Positions 53,038-62,740 of a stretch of DNA of 64,000 nt are shown in pieces. The position numbers and the translations under genes were made by a program. Each line of letters opens with the position of its first letter. Position 1 is the stretch's first letter. Location of the stretch: assembly GCA_963747235.1 (NCBI GenBank), contig CAVVEU010000008.1, forward strand, positions 192,001 through 256,000, written 5' to 3'. The notes beneath the pieces are model-generated. The model saw nothing but the letters and a program-made list of their open reading frames with translations, searched no databases and had not been told where the DNA came from. The stretch is from an uncultured Candidatus Rokubacteria bacterium (GTDB taxonomy: Bacteria; Methylomirabilota; Methylomirabilia; Rokubacteriales; CSP1-6).

Positions 53038-53675
53038 GCGACACCGCCGACGAGCTGGCCCGGCGCACCCCGCCCGGCCAGGTGCTCACGAAGAAGTGGC
53101 CCGTGCTCACCTACGGCCTCACCCCGCGCTTCGATCCGCGGAAGTGGTCGTTCCGGTGCTTCGGACTCGTCGAGCAGGAGGTGAGCTTCACGTGGGAGGA
53201 GTTCCTCGCCCTGCCGCGTACCGAGGTGACCTGCGACATCCACTGCGTCACCCACTGGTCGCGCCTGGACAATCGCTTCGAGGGCGTGTCCATCCGGGAG
53301 ATCATGCGGCGCGTGCGGCTCAAGCCGGAGGCGCGCTACGTCCTCATCCACGCCGATCCGGACTACACCACCAACCTGCCGCTCGAGGATCTGCTGGGCG
53401 ACGACGTGGTCCTGGCGCTCAGGCACGACGGCCAGGATCTCACGCCGGATCACGGCGGCCCGCTGCGGCTGGTGGTGCCCAAGCTCTACTTCTGGAAGAG
53501 CGCCAAGTGGCTCCGCGGCTTCGAGTTCCTCGACGTCAACCCGCCCGGCTTCTGGGAGATCAACGGTTACCACATGCACGCCGACCCCTGGACCGAGGAG
53601 CGCTACTCCGACCAGGAGACCAACGCGATGCAGAAGATGCGGGCCGAGGCCGCCCGCAAGCTCCGGGCGAAGTAG
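53034..53675 (+). CDS. Sulfite oxidase-like molybdopterin oxidoreductase (YuiH-like)
   Basis: PPGQ, DIHCVTHWS, HGGPLRL, YFWKSAKW, GFWE.NGYH. Confidence 0.88.
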   Translation: MSDTADELARRTPPGQVLTKKWPVLTYGLTPRFDPRKWSFRCFGLVEQEVSFTWEEFLALPRTEVTCDIHCVTHWSRLDNRFEGVSIREIMRRVRLKPEARYVLIHADPDYTTNLPLEDLLGDDVVLALRHDGQDLTPDHGGPLRLVVPKLYFWKSAKWLRGFEFLDVNPPGFWEINGYHMHADPWTEERYSDQETNAMQKMRAEAARKLRAK

Positions 53676-53677
53676 CG

Positions 53678-54505
53678 CTACGCGCCGAGGAAGGCGCGCA
53701 CGTGCCCGACGAAGTCGTCCGGCCGGTCGGCGGGCACGGTGTGCCCCGCGCCGGGAATCTCGACCAGGCGCCCGTCGGGCAAGCGCTCGGTCATCTTCTT
53801 CGCCACCTCGGGCGAGAGGATGTCGCTCTCCGCGCCGCGCACGACCAGCGTCGGGCACGGGATGCGCGCCAGCGGCTCCCACAGGTCCACCGCGTCGCGC
53901 CGGCCCGCGCGCATCATGTCGCGCAGCCCCTTGGCGTACTTCCAGGTGAGCTCGCCGTCCGGCAGCTGCTTGAGACCGTGGTGGACGCGCTGGCGCAGCA
54001 TGTCCACGTCCTGGAGCGGGTTGGCGCGTCGGATGTACTCGACCGCCCACTCCTCGCTTTCGATCCGCTCGGGCGATTTCGACATCATGTCGCGCACCCG
54101 CTGAAGGCCCGCGAGCTCGATATCGGGGCCGATGTCCACGATGATCAGCCGCTCCAGGCGACCCGCGTGGGCCGCCGCGTACTGGATCGCGATGCGCCCG
54201 CCCATGGAGTGCCCGAGGAGGGCGAAGCGGTCGAGCTTGAGGCTCCCCGCGAACGCGGCCACGTCGTCGGCCATGGTGGCCACGCGGTAGTCGTCGTCGG
54301 GCGCGGGATCGCTGTCGCCGTGGCCCCGCTGATCGAGCGCGAGCACGCGCCGGCCCGGCACGAGGCGCTCGGCCAGGTGGTCCCAGACGCGCCCGTGGCC
54401 GGTGATGCCGTGGAGCAGGACGACGGGCGGGGCGCCGGCGGGCCCCCAGTCGAGATAGTGCAGCGTGATGCCGTTGACACGGACGGTGCGGTCGGCGAAG
54501 GACAT
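53678..54505 (-). CDS. Alpha/beta hydrolase (Ser nucleophile)
   Basis: LLHG, DQRGHGDS, GHSMGG, AGHTV. Confidence 0.9.
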   Translation of the reverse strand: MSFADRTVRVNGITLHYLDWGPAGAPPVVLLHGITGHGRVWDHLAERLVPGRRVLALDQRGHGDSDPAPDDDYRVATMADDVAAFAGSLKLDRFALLGHSMGGRIAIQYAAAHAGRLERLIIVDIGPDIELAGLQRVRDMMSKSPERIESEEWAVEYIRRANPLQDVDMLRQRVHHGLKQLPDGELTWKYAKGLRDMMRAGRRDAVDLWEPLARIPCPTLVVRGAESDILSPEVAKKMTERLPDGRLVEIPGAGHTVPADRPDDFVGHVRAFLGA

Positions 54506-54543
54506 GATCGAGGCAGTCTAGTCCCTGCGCCGCCTTCGGTCAA

Positions 54544-55056
54544 TCAGGTGACTGTCTGACGCGCCGCTGGCATCGAGACGAAGGCTGTCATGATCAGATG
54601 GACGATCGTGGCGAGGACCGCGACCCACATCTTGGACATGCCCGCGGACAGGTCGCGCGGATAGGCCACTGTACCCTGGAGCCGATGAGCCGGATCAGCT
54701 CCATGGCGATCGCCGCGCGCTCTGCGCGCGCATTCTTGGCCGCAGCCCGAACTCGAGGTTGTCTGCACCGTCATCCACGGAAAGATCGCGTCCTCCTGGA
54801 AGACGTACCGCGGTCGGCGCGGGCGCGCGCACGGGGCACATTGCACAGGACGTGCCGGGTCGGTCGCGAGGAACCCAGCGACGATGCGCAGGAAGGTGGT
54901 CTTGCCGCATCCGACGGGCCCGACGATGGCGAGAAACTCGTTGTCGTGCACGTCCAGCGTGAGCCCTTCGAGCGCGAGCGTCCGTGTGCCGCCCGGGTAG
55001 CGGTAGGACACATCCTCCACGTGGAGCCGGACCTTCCGGGGCTGGTTCTTATTCAT
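54544..55056 (-). pseudogene. Degraded SsuB/TauB-type ABC ATP-binding gene
   Basis: GPVGCGKT, YVFQEDAIFPWMTV, YPRDLSAGM with many deletions and truncation. Confidence 0.7.
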
Positions 55057-55864
55057 GCCTCCTCCTCACCCAGCGGGTCGCCCACGGTAGGCCACCAGCG
55101 TGAGCCCGTCGGAGATCAGCACGAGCAGCGCGATCGCGGCGAGGGCGATCATGATGGTCGGCACTCGCGGGTAGGCGCCGGCCAGGGCCAGGAGGTAGCC
55201 CAGGCTGGGCATGGTGGGCTTGATCAGTTCGGCCACCACCACCGTGACCCATGCCAGCGCGATGGCGATGCGCAGGCTCGCCAGGATCTGCGGCAGCGCG
55301 GCGGGCAGGATGACGCGACGGACCAGGAGACGCCGCGGCGCCGCAAGGGACGCAGCCGAGTCCCAGTACACGCGCGGGATTCCGCGCACGCCCTGATAGG
55401 CGCCCTGCAGCGTGACGACCGCGACGCCGTGGCGATCAGCCCGATCTTGGATACTTCGCCCAGGCCGAACCACAGCACGTAGAGCGGAAGCAGGGCCAGG
55501 GCGGGGGTGAATCGGACCAGCACGACCCAGGGCTCGAGCACGTACTCGAGCCCGGCTGCCCACCCCATCGCCAGGCCCAGGGCGATCCCGACGGTTGATC
55601 CCAGCAGCAGACCGATCAGGACCCGAGACGTGCTGACGGCCACCCCGCCTGGAGAATGCCCGCCTGCACCAGGAACGTCGCCTCCTCCGCGAGCGACGAG
55701 TAGGTGGGCAGGAGTTCCACGCCCTCGATCTCGTGCGGGGCTATGAACACCGTGGTCGGGAGGCGGCCGTTGCCGATCTGCGCGGCCAGGCCGTAGAGCG
55801 CGGCCAGGCCGAGGAGCCCGACGAGCCCGCGCCTCAAGCGAGCGGGGCGCCGCTCCGCTACCAT
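55053..55864 (-). pseudogene. SsuC/TauC-type ABC permease, frameshifted
   Basis: RVLIGLLLG, LWFGLGE, VILPAALPQI, VVVAEL in different frames. Confidence 0.7.
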
Positions 55865-56620
55865 GCTCGCCGCCTGCTGGCCCAGAAGGTCACCCGGTCG
55901 GTCACGATCCGGGCCGCCGCGTCCATCATGTATCCAGCCGCGGCCAGCGCGAGGATGGCGACGATGACCACGGCCGGATCCACCCCGACCTGGAGGCGAG
56001 AGGCCCAGAGACCGCCTCCGACGAGCAGGTGGCCGATGCCGGTCTCCGCCATCAGCATCTCGACGCCGACCGTGGTCATCCACGCGATGATGAGGGAATA
56101 GCGCAGGGCGGAGAGCACGCCGGGGCTCGCGGCCGGCAGAACCACCCGGGCGAACAGGAGCCACCCGCCGGCGCCGAGCGAGCGCGCCGCGCGCACGTAC
56201 ACCTCGGCGAGGTCACGGACGCCGTGGTAGGTCGGGATCACCACGGTCGTGAAGACCGCGTAGACGATGGGGATGAGCCGGTGGGCTTCGCCGTGCCCGA
56301 ACCACAGCATGACGTAGGTGATCATCGCGATCGGAGGGATCGAGCGCAGGACGACGTAGATCGGGTGGAGGTAGTCATCCGTCTTCCGGCTCCAGCCCAT
56401 GACGATGCCCGCCACGATGCCGAGCGGCCCCCCGACGGCCACGCCGAACAGAACCCTCAGGACGCTCACGAGCAGCGAGCCCTGCAACGTGACGTGCTGC
56501 CCCACGAGATGGCTGACGTGATCGCTCGGGTGCGCGTGGTGGCCTTGCATCGTCGGCAACTCGCCGGTCACGAGACTCACGAGGGCCGCGAGGATCGTCT
56601 TCGCGCGGCTTGCCTACGTG
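55858..56620 (-). pseudogene. SsuC/TauC-type ABC permease, 5' end disrupted
   Basis: SVLRVLFG, RSIPPIA, AARSLGA, VVLPAA; in-frame TAG upstream, N-terminus ends near the repeat. Confidence 0.65.
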
Positions 56621-56659
56621 GGAGCGCTGACGGTAGAGTGGGCTGCCCCTCACGGCGAG

Positions 56660-56695
56660 CCCCTCACCCTGCCCTCTCCCCGTAGGGGAGAGGGG
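56660..56695. repeat. REP-like element, single unit
   Basis: CCCCTCACCCTGCCCTCTCCCCGTAGGGGAGAGGG. Confidence 0.85.
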
Positions 56696-56713
56696 GAGAA
56701 GAGAGATCACGCA

Positions 56714-58258
56714 ATGGCGACGTACGCGATTACCGATGTGGCGATCGTGCTGAAGCCCGAGGACGACGTGGCCATCGCCAAGAAGGAGATCCCGGCGGGC
56801 ACCGTGCTCGAGGACGCGGGCGGCCGCATCGAGGTGCGGCAGGACATCAAGCCCGGCCACAAGGTCGCGCGCCACGCCCGGCGGATCGGCGAGGCGGTGC
56901 GTCGCTACGGCCAGCCCATCGGGTTCGCCACCGCGGATATCGCGGTCGGCGATCACGTGCACACCCAGAACGTCGCGGTGGGCGACCGGCACCAGGAGTA
57001 CGAGGTCGGCACCGACGTGCAGCCGGTCGCGTTCTACCCGCCCGAGCAGATGCGCTACTTCGACGGCTATCTCCGGGAAGACGGTCGGGTCGGCACGCGC
57101 AACTACGTGGCGGTGATCTCGGGGGTCAACTGCTCGGCGAGCGTGAGCCAGTTCGTGAAGGACCGGTTCCGCGACGTGCAGAAGGACTACCCGAACATCG
57201 ACGGGGTGCTGGCCATCACCCACAAGTCCGGGTGCGGCACCAAGCTCTTCGGCGAGGACCACATGGCGCTGCAGCGGGTGCTGGCCGGCTACGCCAAGCA
57301 CCCGAACATCGCGGCCTACATCCTGATCGGGCTCGGCTGCGAGGTGAACCAGGCCGCGGTCATGGTGGACCGGCAGCGCATGGCCGCGCCCGGGCATCCG
57401 GAGCGCAAGCCCTTCGTGGTCAACATCCAGGAGGCGGGCGGGATCCGGAAGACGGTGGAGACCGCGGTCCGCGAGGTGGCCAAGCTGCTGCCGCTCGCCA
57501 ACGCGATGCAGCGCACGAAGCAGCCGGTCTCGGAGCTCACGCTCGCCACCAACTGCGGCGGCTCCGACGGCGCCTCCGGCATCACCGCGAACCCCGCGCT
57601 CGGCTGGGCGGTGGACGAGCTGGTGCGCTACGGCGGCACCGGCGTGCTCGCGGAGACGCCGGAGATCTACGGGGCCGAGCACCTGCTGATCCGGCGCGCG
57701 ATCAACGAGGGCGTGGCCAAGAAGCTGATCGACCGCTACAAGTGGTGGGAGTGGTACTGCCGCGGCATCGAGGCGATGGACAACAACCCCGCCCCCGGCA
57801 ACAAGGCGGGCGGCATCACCACCGTCTACGAGAAGTCGCTGGGCGGCGTCACCAAGGGCGGCACCACCCCGATGATGGACGTCTTCCAGTACGGCGAGCC
57901 CATCACCACCCGCGGCTTCGTGTTCATGGACACGCCGGGGCACGATCCGGTGTCCATCACCGGGCTCGTGGCGGGCGGCTGCAACATGATCTGCTTCACC
58001 ACCGGCCGCGGCTCGGTGTTCGGCTGCAAGCCGGTGCCCTCCATCAAGCTGGCGACGAACAGCCTCATGTACCGGCACATGTCGGAGGACATGGACATCA
58101 ACTGCGGCGTGATCATGGAGGGCACGCCGCTGCCCGAGGTGGGCCGGCAGATCTTCGAGGAGATCGTGGCGGTGGCGTCGGGCAAGCGCAGCAAGAGCGA
58201 GCTGTCGGGGGTCGGCGAAGAGGAATTTGCGCCGTGGATCATCGGGCCGGTCATGTAG
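56714..58258 (+). CDS. UxaA/GarD-family (altronate/galactarate) dehydratase with SAF domain
   Basis: GHKVA, HVHTQN, GTRNY, GLGCE, CGGSDG, EKSLG, FTTGRG. Confidence 0.9.
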   Translation: MATYAITDVAIVLKPEDDVAIAKKEIPAGTVLEDAGGRIEVRQDIKPGHKVARHARRIGEAVRRYGQPIGFATADIAVGDHVHTQNVAVGDRHQEYEVGTDVQPVAFYPPEQMRYFDGYLREDGRVGTRNYVAVISGVNCSASVSQFVKDRFRDVQKDYPNIDGVLAITHKSGCGTKLFGEDHMALQRVLAGYAKHPNIAAYILIGLGCEVNQAAVMVDRQRMAAPGHPERKPFVVNIQEAGGIRKTVETAVREVAKLLPLANAMQRTKQPVSELTLATNCGGSDGASGITANPALGWAVDELVRYGGTGVLAETPEIYGAEHLLIRRAINEGVAKKLIDRYKWWEWYCRGIEAMDNNPAPGNKAGGITTVYEKSLGGVTKGGTTPMMDVFQYGEPITTRGFVFMDTPGHDPVSITGLVAGGCNMICFTTGRGSVFGCKPVPSIKLATNSLMYRHMSEDMDINCGVIMEGTPLPEVGRQIFEEIVAVASGKRSKSELSGVGEEEFAPWIIGPVM

Positions 58259-58340
58259 CTACATGCGGTAGGCGGTCACAGCGAGACTTCGTGCCAGACC
58301 CGGGCATGAGCGAGCCGCCGCCGAGCGTTTGCGCGCGGAG

Positions 58341-58901
58341 CTAGCCGCGGACCGGCTCGGCCGCGCGGGTCTCCGGCCGGGCGGCCGGGCCGCTCGGTGC
58401 GCCGTCCTCGACCTGGCCGCCCTTGAAGAACGCGGCCAGGAAGCCGTCGGCGGACACGGGACGCCGCGGGCGATCGGTGAAGCGGTCGGCGCGGAACCCG
58501 GCGCGGGCCCGCACGATGAAGCTGTAGAAGTGGACGAGGCCGCTCGAGGCGAACTTGCCGTTGAAGACGATGTCGAGCGGCAGGTGCAGCAGCATGCCGA
58601 AGACCCATCCCCAGAGCCAGTCCACGTTGGTGTACCACGCGACCGCGGCCAGCAGGACCAGCAGCTCGTAGGAGTGCAAGACGAGGACGACCCGCTGCGC
58701 CTTGCCATTCAGATAGTAGCGGAGGAAGCTGCCGGGGCGGAGGTCGCGCTGGCGCTCGAAGAGCACGTAGTCGACCACGTGGTCCACGTCGATCAGGAAG
58801 CCGCCGGCGGCGAGGCCCGCGATGAGCGGCAGGCTCTCGGTGCCCGCGTAGACGGCCGCGCAGGCGACCGCGGTGGTGACGAGATGGCCTCCGGGGCTGA
58901 T
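58341..58901 (-). CDS. Membrane-bound metal-dependent hydrolase-like protein (YdjM-like), apparent ATC start
   Basis: SPGGH, IDVDH, LHSYE, LHLPLD motifs; AGGAG 6 nt before ATC. Confidence 0.65.
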   Translation of the reverse strand: MSPGGHLVTTAVACAAVYAGTESLPLIAGLAAGGFLIDVDHVVDYVLFERQRDLRPGSFLRYYLNGKAQRVVLVLHSYELLVLLAAVAWYTNVDWLWGWVFGMLLHLPLDIVFNGKFASSGLVHFYSFIVRARAGFRADRFTDRPRRPVSADGFLAAFFKGGQVEDGAPSGPAARPETRAAEPVRG

Positions 58902-58910
58902 GGCGAGCTC

Positions 58911-59036
58911 CTAACGCAGGTACGGGTTGCGGTAACGGCGAACGCGAACGGGGACCGGCTGACGCGCGGGGGCCAGCCATCCGAGCGGGACGCTGTCGAT
59001 CAGCTCCAGGAGGCGGCGCCCGAGTCGCTTCAACAT
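58911..59036 (-). CDS. 41-aa small ORF
   Basis: MLKRLGRRLLELIDSVPLGWLAPARQPVPVRVRRYRNPYLR*, directly after a sigma54 promoter. Confidence 0.5.
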   Translation of the reverse strand: MLKRLGRRLLELIDSVPLGWLAPARQPVPVRVRRYRNPYLR

Positions 59037-59050
59037 GCCTCCTGGAGGGA

Positions 59051-59065
59051 GCAACTACGGTGCCA
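59051..59065 (-). promoter_or_regulatory. sigma54 -24/-12 promoter
   Basis: TGGCAC-cgtag-TTGC on minus strand; IHF-like ATTCAATGACTTG just upstream. Confidence 0.7.
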
Positions 59066-59168
59066 GGCCCCGCGTGGCGCAAGTCATTGAATTATCGTGG
59101 ACCCGCGGGGCCGGGCGTGGAACAGTAGGCCAAAACAGGGAGTCTTGGGGACCAAAATGGGGAGAACG

Positions 59169-61163
59169 ATGGCAGGCAAGACCGCCGTGACCGGCTTCGA
59201 CGAGATCGTCCGATCCGACCCGTCGCTCTGGGAGATCCGGACCACGGGCGCCGGCCCGCAGGGCCAGCTTCCCCTGACCGCGGAGATGCTGCTCGAGAGC
59301 CCGAGCGGCGACATCTTCGGGCTCACCCAGAACGCGGGCATGGGCTGGGATCCGCGCGAGCTCGGCCGCCCGCAATTCCTCATGCTCTGCACCCAGGGCG
59401 GCATCCGCGCCCCCGACGGCAAGCCGATCGCGCTCGGCTACCACACCGGGCACTGGGAGATCGGGCTGCTCATGCAGGCCGCCGCCGAGGAGCTGGCCGC
59501 GCTCGGCGGCCTGCCGTTCGCCGGCTTCTGCTCGGACCCCTGCGATGGGCGCACCCAGGGGACGCCCGGGATGATGGACAGCCTCGCCTACCGCAACGAC
59601 GCGGCGGTGGTGCTGCGGCGGCTGATCCGCTCGCTCCCCACGCGGCGGGGCGTGCTCGGCGTGGCGACCTGCGACAAGGGCCTGCCCGCGATGATGATGG
59701 CCCTGGCCGCGCTGCGCGATCTGCCCTGCGTGCTGGTGCCGGGCGGCGTGACGCTGCCGCCCACCGAGGGCGAGGACGCGGGCACGGTGCAGTCCATCGG
59801 GGCCCGCTTCGCGCACGGCGAGCTCACGCTGGAGCAGGCCGCCGACCTGGGCTGCCGCGCCTGCGGCTCGCCCGGCGGCGGCTGCCAGTTCCTCGGCACC
59901 GCGGCCACGTCCCAGGTCGTCGGCGAAGCGCTCGGCCTCTCGCTGCCGCACACCGCGCTCGCGCCCTCCGGGCAGCCGATCTGGCTCGACATGGCCCGCC
60001 GCTCGGCCCGCGCGCTGACGTCGCTCGCCGCGCGCGGGCTCACCACGCGCGACATCCTCACCGACGCCGCGGTGCGCAACGCCATGATGGTGCACGCGGC
60101 GTTCGGCGGCTCGACGAATCTCCTGCTGCACCTCCCCGCGATCGCGCACGCCGCCGGGCTGCGGCGCCCGGTGGTGCAGGACTGGATCGACGTCAACCGG
60201 CAGGTGCCGCGCCTGGTGGACGTGCTGCCGAACGGCCCCCGCAATCATCCCACCGTGCGCGTCTTCCTGGCCGGCGGCGTGCCCGAGGTCATGCTGCACC
60301 TGCGCCGCCGCGGCCTGCTGGACGAGACCTGCCTGACCGTGACCGGCGAGTCGCTCGGCCGCGCGCTCGACTGGTGGGAGGGCTCCGAGCGGCGCACCGC
60401 GCTGCGCGCGCTCCTGATGCGGCAGGACGGGGTGGACCCGGACGACGTCATCATGGATCCCGATCGGGCCCGCGAGCGGGGGCTCACGAGCACCGTGACC
60501 TTCCCGCGCGGCAACCTGGCCCCGGAGGGCGCGGTGATCAAGAGCACCGCCATCGATCCGTCGGTCGTCGATGCCGACGGGGTCTATCGCAAGACCGGCC
60601 CGGCCCGCGTGTTCACCACCGAGCGCGCCGCGATCGCGGCCATCAAGAGCACGGGGCCCGAGCGCATCAAGCCGGGCGACGTGCTGGTGCTCATCTGCCG
60701 CGGGCCGCTCGGCGCGGGGATGGAGGAGATCTACCAGATCACCTCCGCGCTCAAGCACCTGTCCTGGGGCAAGCAGGTGGCGGTGCTGACCGACGCGCGC
60801 TTCTCCGGCGTCTCCACCGGCGCGTGCATCGGCCACGTCGGGCCCGAGGCGCTCGCGGGCGGGCCCATCGGGCGGCTGCTGGAGGGCGATCTCGTGCAGA
60901 TCGTGGTGGATCGGCTGCGGCTCGAGGGCAGCGTGGACCTGATCGGCGCGGACGGCCGGACGTTCGGCGCGGCGGAGGGGGCGCGGGTCCTCGCGGCGCG
61001 CGGCCCGCGGCCCGATCTGGCGCCCGACCCGGGGCTCCCGGACGACACGCGGCTCTGGGCCGCCCTGCAGCACGCGGGCGGCGGGGCCTGGGGCGGCTGC
61101 GTCTACGACGTGGACGCGATCGTGGCCAGACTGAACCACCCCTCGCCCCGCCCTCTCCCCTGA
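59169..61163 (+). CDS. YjhG/YagF-family D-xylonate dehydratase (IlvD/Edd superfamily)
   Basis: [53 protein letters not shown]. Confidence 0.88.
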   Translation: MAGKTAVTGFDEIVRSDPSLWEIRTTGAGPQGQLPLTAEMLLESPSGDIFGLTQNAGMGWDPRELGRPQFLMLCTQGGIRAPDGKPIALGYHTGHWEIGLLMQAAAEELAALGGLPFAGFCSDPCDGRTQGTPGMMDSLAYRNDAAVVLRRLIRSLPTRRGVLGVATCDKGLPAMMMALAALRDLPCVLVPGGVTLPPTEGEDAGTVQSIGARFAHGELTLEQAADLGCRACGSPGGGCQFLGTAATSQVVGEALGLSLPHTALAPSGQPIWLDMARRSARALTSLAARGLTTRDILTDAAVRNAMMVHAAFGGSTNLLLHLPAIAHAAGLRRPVVQDWIDVNRQVPRLVDVLPNGPRNHPTVRVFLAGGVPEVMLHLRRRGLLDETCLTVTGESLGRALDWWEGSERRTALRALLMRQDGVDPDDVIMDPDRARERGLTSTVTFPRGNLAPEGAVIKSTAIDPSVVDADGVYRKTGPARVFTTERAAIAAIKSTGPERIKPGDVLVLICRGPLGAGMEEIYQITSALKHLSWGKQVAVLTDARFSGVSTGACIGHVGPEALAGGPIGRLLEGDLVQIVVDRLRLEGSVDLIGADGRTFGAAEGARVLAARGPRPDLAPDPGLPDDTRLWAALQHAGGGAWGGCVYDVDAIVARLNHPSPRPLP

Positions 61164-61222
61164 GGGGAGAGGAGGTCAGACTCTCCCTCTCCCCTGTCGG
61201 GGGAGAGGGCAGGGTGAGGGGG
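61139..61222. repeat. REP-like element, inverted doublet providing the dehydratase stop
   Basis: CCCCTCGCCCCGCCCTCTCCCCTGAGGGGAGAGG...CCCTCTCCCCTGTCGGGGGAGAGGGCAGGGTGAGGGG. Confidence 0.85.
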
Positions 61223-61227
61223 CTCCG

Positions 61228-61530
61228 TTACGACTGGGTCACGGTGACGACGAGGCCGATCGACGCCAGGACATTGCCGACGCGCACGCACTCGGTCTCG
61301 GCGCCGACCTTCACCACCGCCTTGCCGCTATTGTGCACCTGCCACGCGAGCTCCCAGCCCCGCTCCTCCGAGCAGGCGATGGCCTTCATGAGCTGCTTCA
61401 CCACTTCCTCGAAGGTGTGACAGTCGCAGTTGTGCAGCACGGTCATCCAGGGGGGCGCGACCTGGACGTCGGTCGCGTCGAGCTCGTCGACCTGTGGGCT
61501 CTCGGTCGTCTCGGCCTGCAACCGAGGCAT
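61228..61530 (-). CDS. clpS: ATP-dependent Clp protease adaptor ClpS-like
   Basis: PW.TVLHNCDCHTFEEVV...VHNSGKAVV. Confidence 0.8.
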   Translation of the reverse strand: MPRLQAETTESPQVDELDATDVQVAPPWMTVLHNCDCHTFEEVVKQLMKAIACSEERGWELAWQVHNSGKAVVKVGAETECVRVGNVLASIGLVVTVTQS

Positions 61531-61542
61531 CCTGTCTTTGAT

Positions 61543-62739
61543 CTAGCCTATGACTCCGGTTTCGCGGAGTCGAGCGATCGTGCTGTCGCTGTAGCTCAGG
61601 ATCTCGCGGAGGATCTGATCCGTGTGCTCGCCGAGCCGTGGCGCCCGCGCGGGGTGGCGGATCTCGCCCTCGGTGCGGACGGGGCTCCGCACTTCTTTCA
61701 AGGGCCCGAAGTCCGGGTGCTCCACCTCCACGATCATATCGCGGGCCAGCACCTGCGGGTCGGCCAGGGCCTGGCGCACGTCGTTGACCGGCGCGCACGG
61801 CACGCGGCCCCGCAGGCGGTCGAGCCATTCCTCCGTGGTGCGGGTGGCGAAGCGCGCCTGCAGGAGCGGGAGCAGCGTGTCCTTGTGGGCGAACCGGTCG
61901 CCGAAGGTGCCGAAGCGCGCGTCCTCGGCCAGCTCCGGGACGCCCAGGGTCTCCACCAGGTCGCGCCAGAACTTGTCCTTGTTGCAGAAGATGACGATCC
62001 AGCCGTCGCGGGTGGCGAAGTTCTGGGCCGGCACGAGGGTCTGGTGCGCCGAGCTGCGGGTGCGCTCCGCGATCCAGTCGCGGTTGAGCGTCCACACCGC
62101 GAAGTACGACAGCATGCTCACCGCGGTGTCGAGCAACGCGATGTCCACGTCGCGGCCCACCCCGGTGCGCTGGGCGTCGAAGAGCCCCACCATCAGGCCG
62201 ACCATCGCGGCGTAGCCGCCCGCGAAGTCGATCACCGAGACGCCGCACTTGCCGGGAGGGCCGTCGGGCTCGCCGGTCACCGCCATGTAGCCCGCGTAGC
62301 CCTGGACCAGGTAGTCGAAGGCGGGCTCGGCCGCGCGCGGGCCGGTGCGCCCGTAGCCGGTGAGCGAGCAGCAGACCACGCGCGGATTGATCTCCTTCAG
62401 CCCGTCATAGGTCAGGCCCAGCTTGTCGGGCAGGTCGCCGCGCGCGTTGTTGAAGACCGCGTCCGACACCCGCACGAGGTCGTGGAAGACCGCCTGCCCG
62501 TCGGGATGCCGCAGGTTGAGCGACACCGAGCGCTTGCCGCGATTGAAGGACTGGAAGTAGGGCGAGTCGGCCTCGCCCTGGAACGGGGGCACGTAGCGGG
62601 CGCTGTCGCCGCCCACCCCGGGATCCTCGATCTTGATGATGTCGGCGCCCAGGTCCGCCAGCATCTGGGTGCCGAACGGGCCGGCCCCGAACTGCGACAC
62701 GGCCAGGATGCGCACGCCGTCGAGCGGGGGGCGGGTCAT
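61543..62739 (-). CDS. Family III CoA-transferase (CaiB/BaiF)
   Basis: GAGPFGTQMLADLGAD, NRGKRS, GYGRTGP, AFDY, APRLGEH. Confidence 0.92.
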   Translation of the reverse strand: MTRPPLDGVRILAVSQFGAGPFGTQMLADLGADIIKIEDPGVGGDSARYVPPFQGEADSPYFQSFNRGKRSVSLNLRHPDGQAVFHDLVRVSDAVFNNARGDLPDKLGLTYDGLKEINPRVVCCSLTGYGRTGPRAAEPAFDYLVQGYAGYMAVTGEPDGPPGKCGVSVIDFAGGYAAMVGLMVGLFDAQRTGVGRDVDIALLDTAVSMLSYFAVWTLNRDWIAERTRSSAHQTLVPAQNFATRDGWIVIFCNKDKFWRDLVETLGVPELAEDARFGTFGDRFAHKDTLLPLLQARFATRTTEEWLDRLRGRVPCAPVNDVRQALADPQVLARDMIVEVEHPDFGPLKEVRSPVRTEGEIRHPARAPRLGEHTDQILREILSYSDSTIARLRETGVIG

Positions 62740-62740
62740 G

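Noticed and set aside
10440-61222. Repeats as a CRISPR array
   Set aside because: Dispersed singlets and inverted doublets, no regular repeat-spacer period, no cas genes
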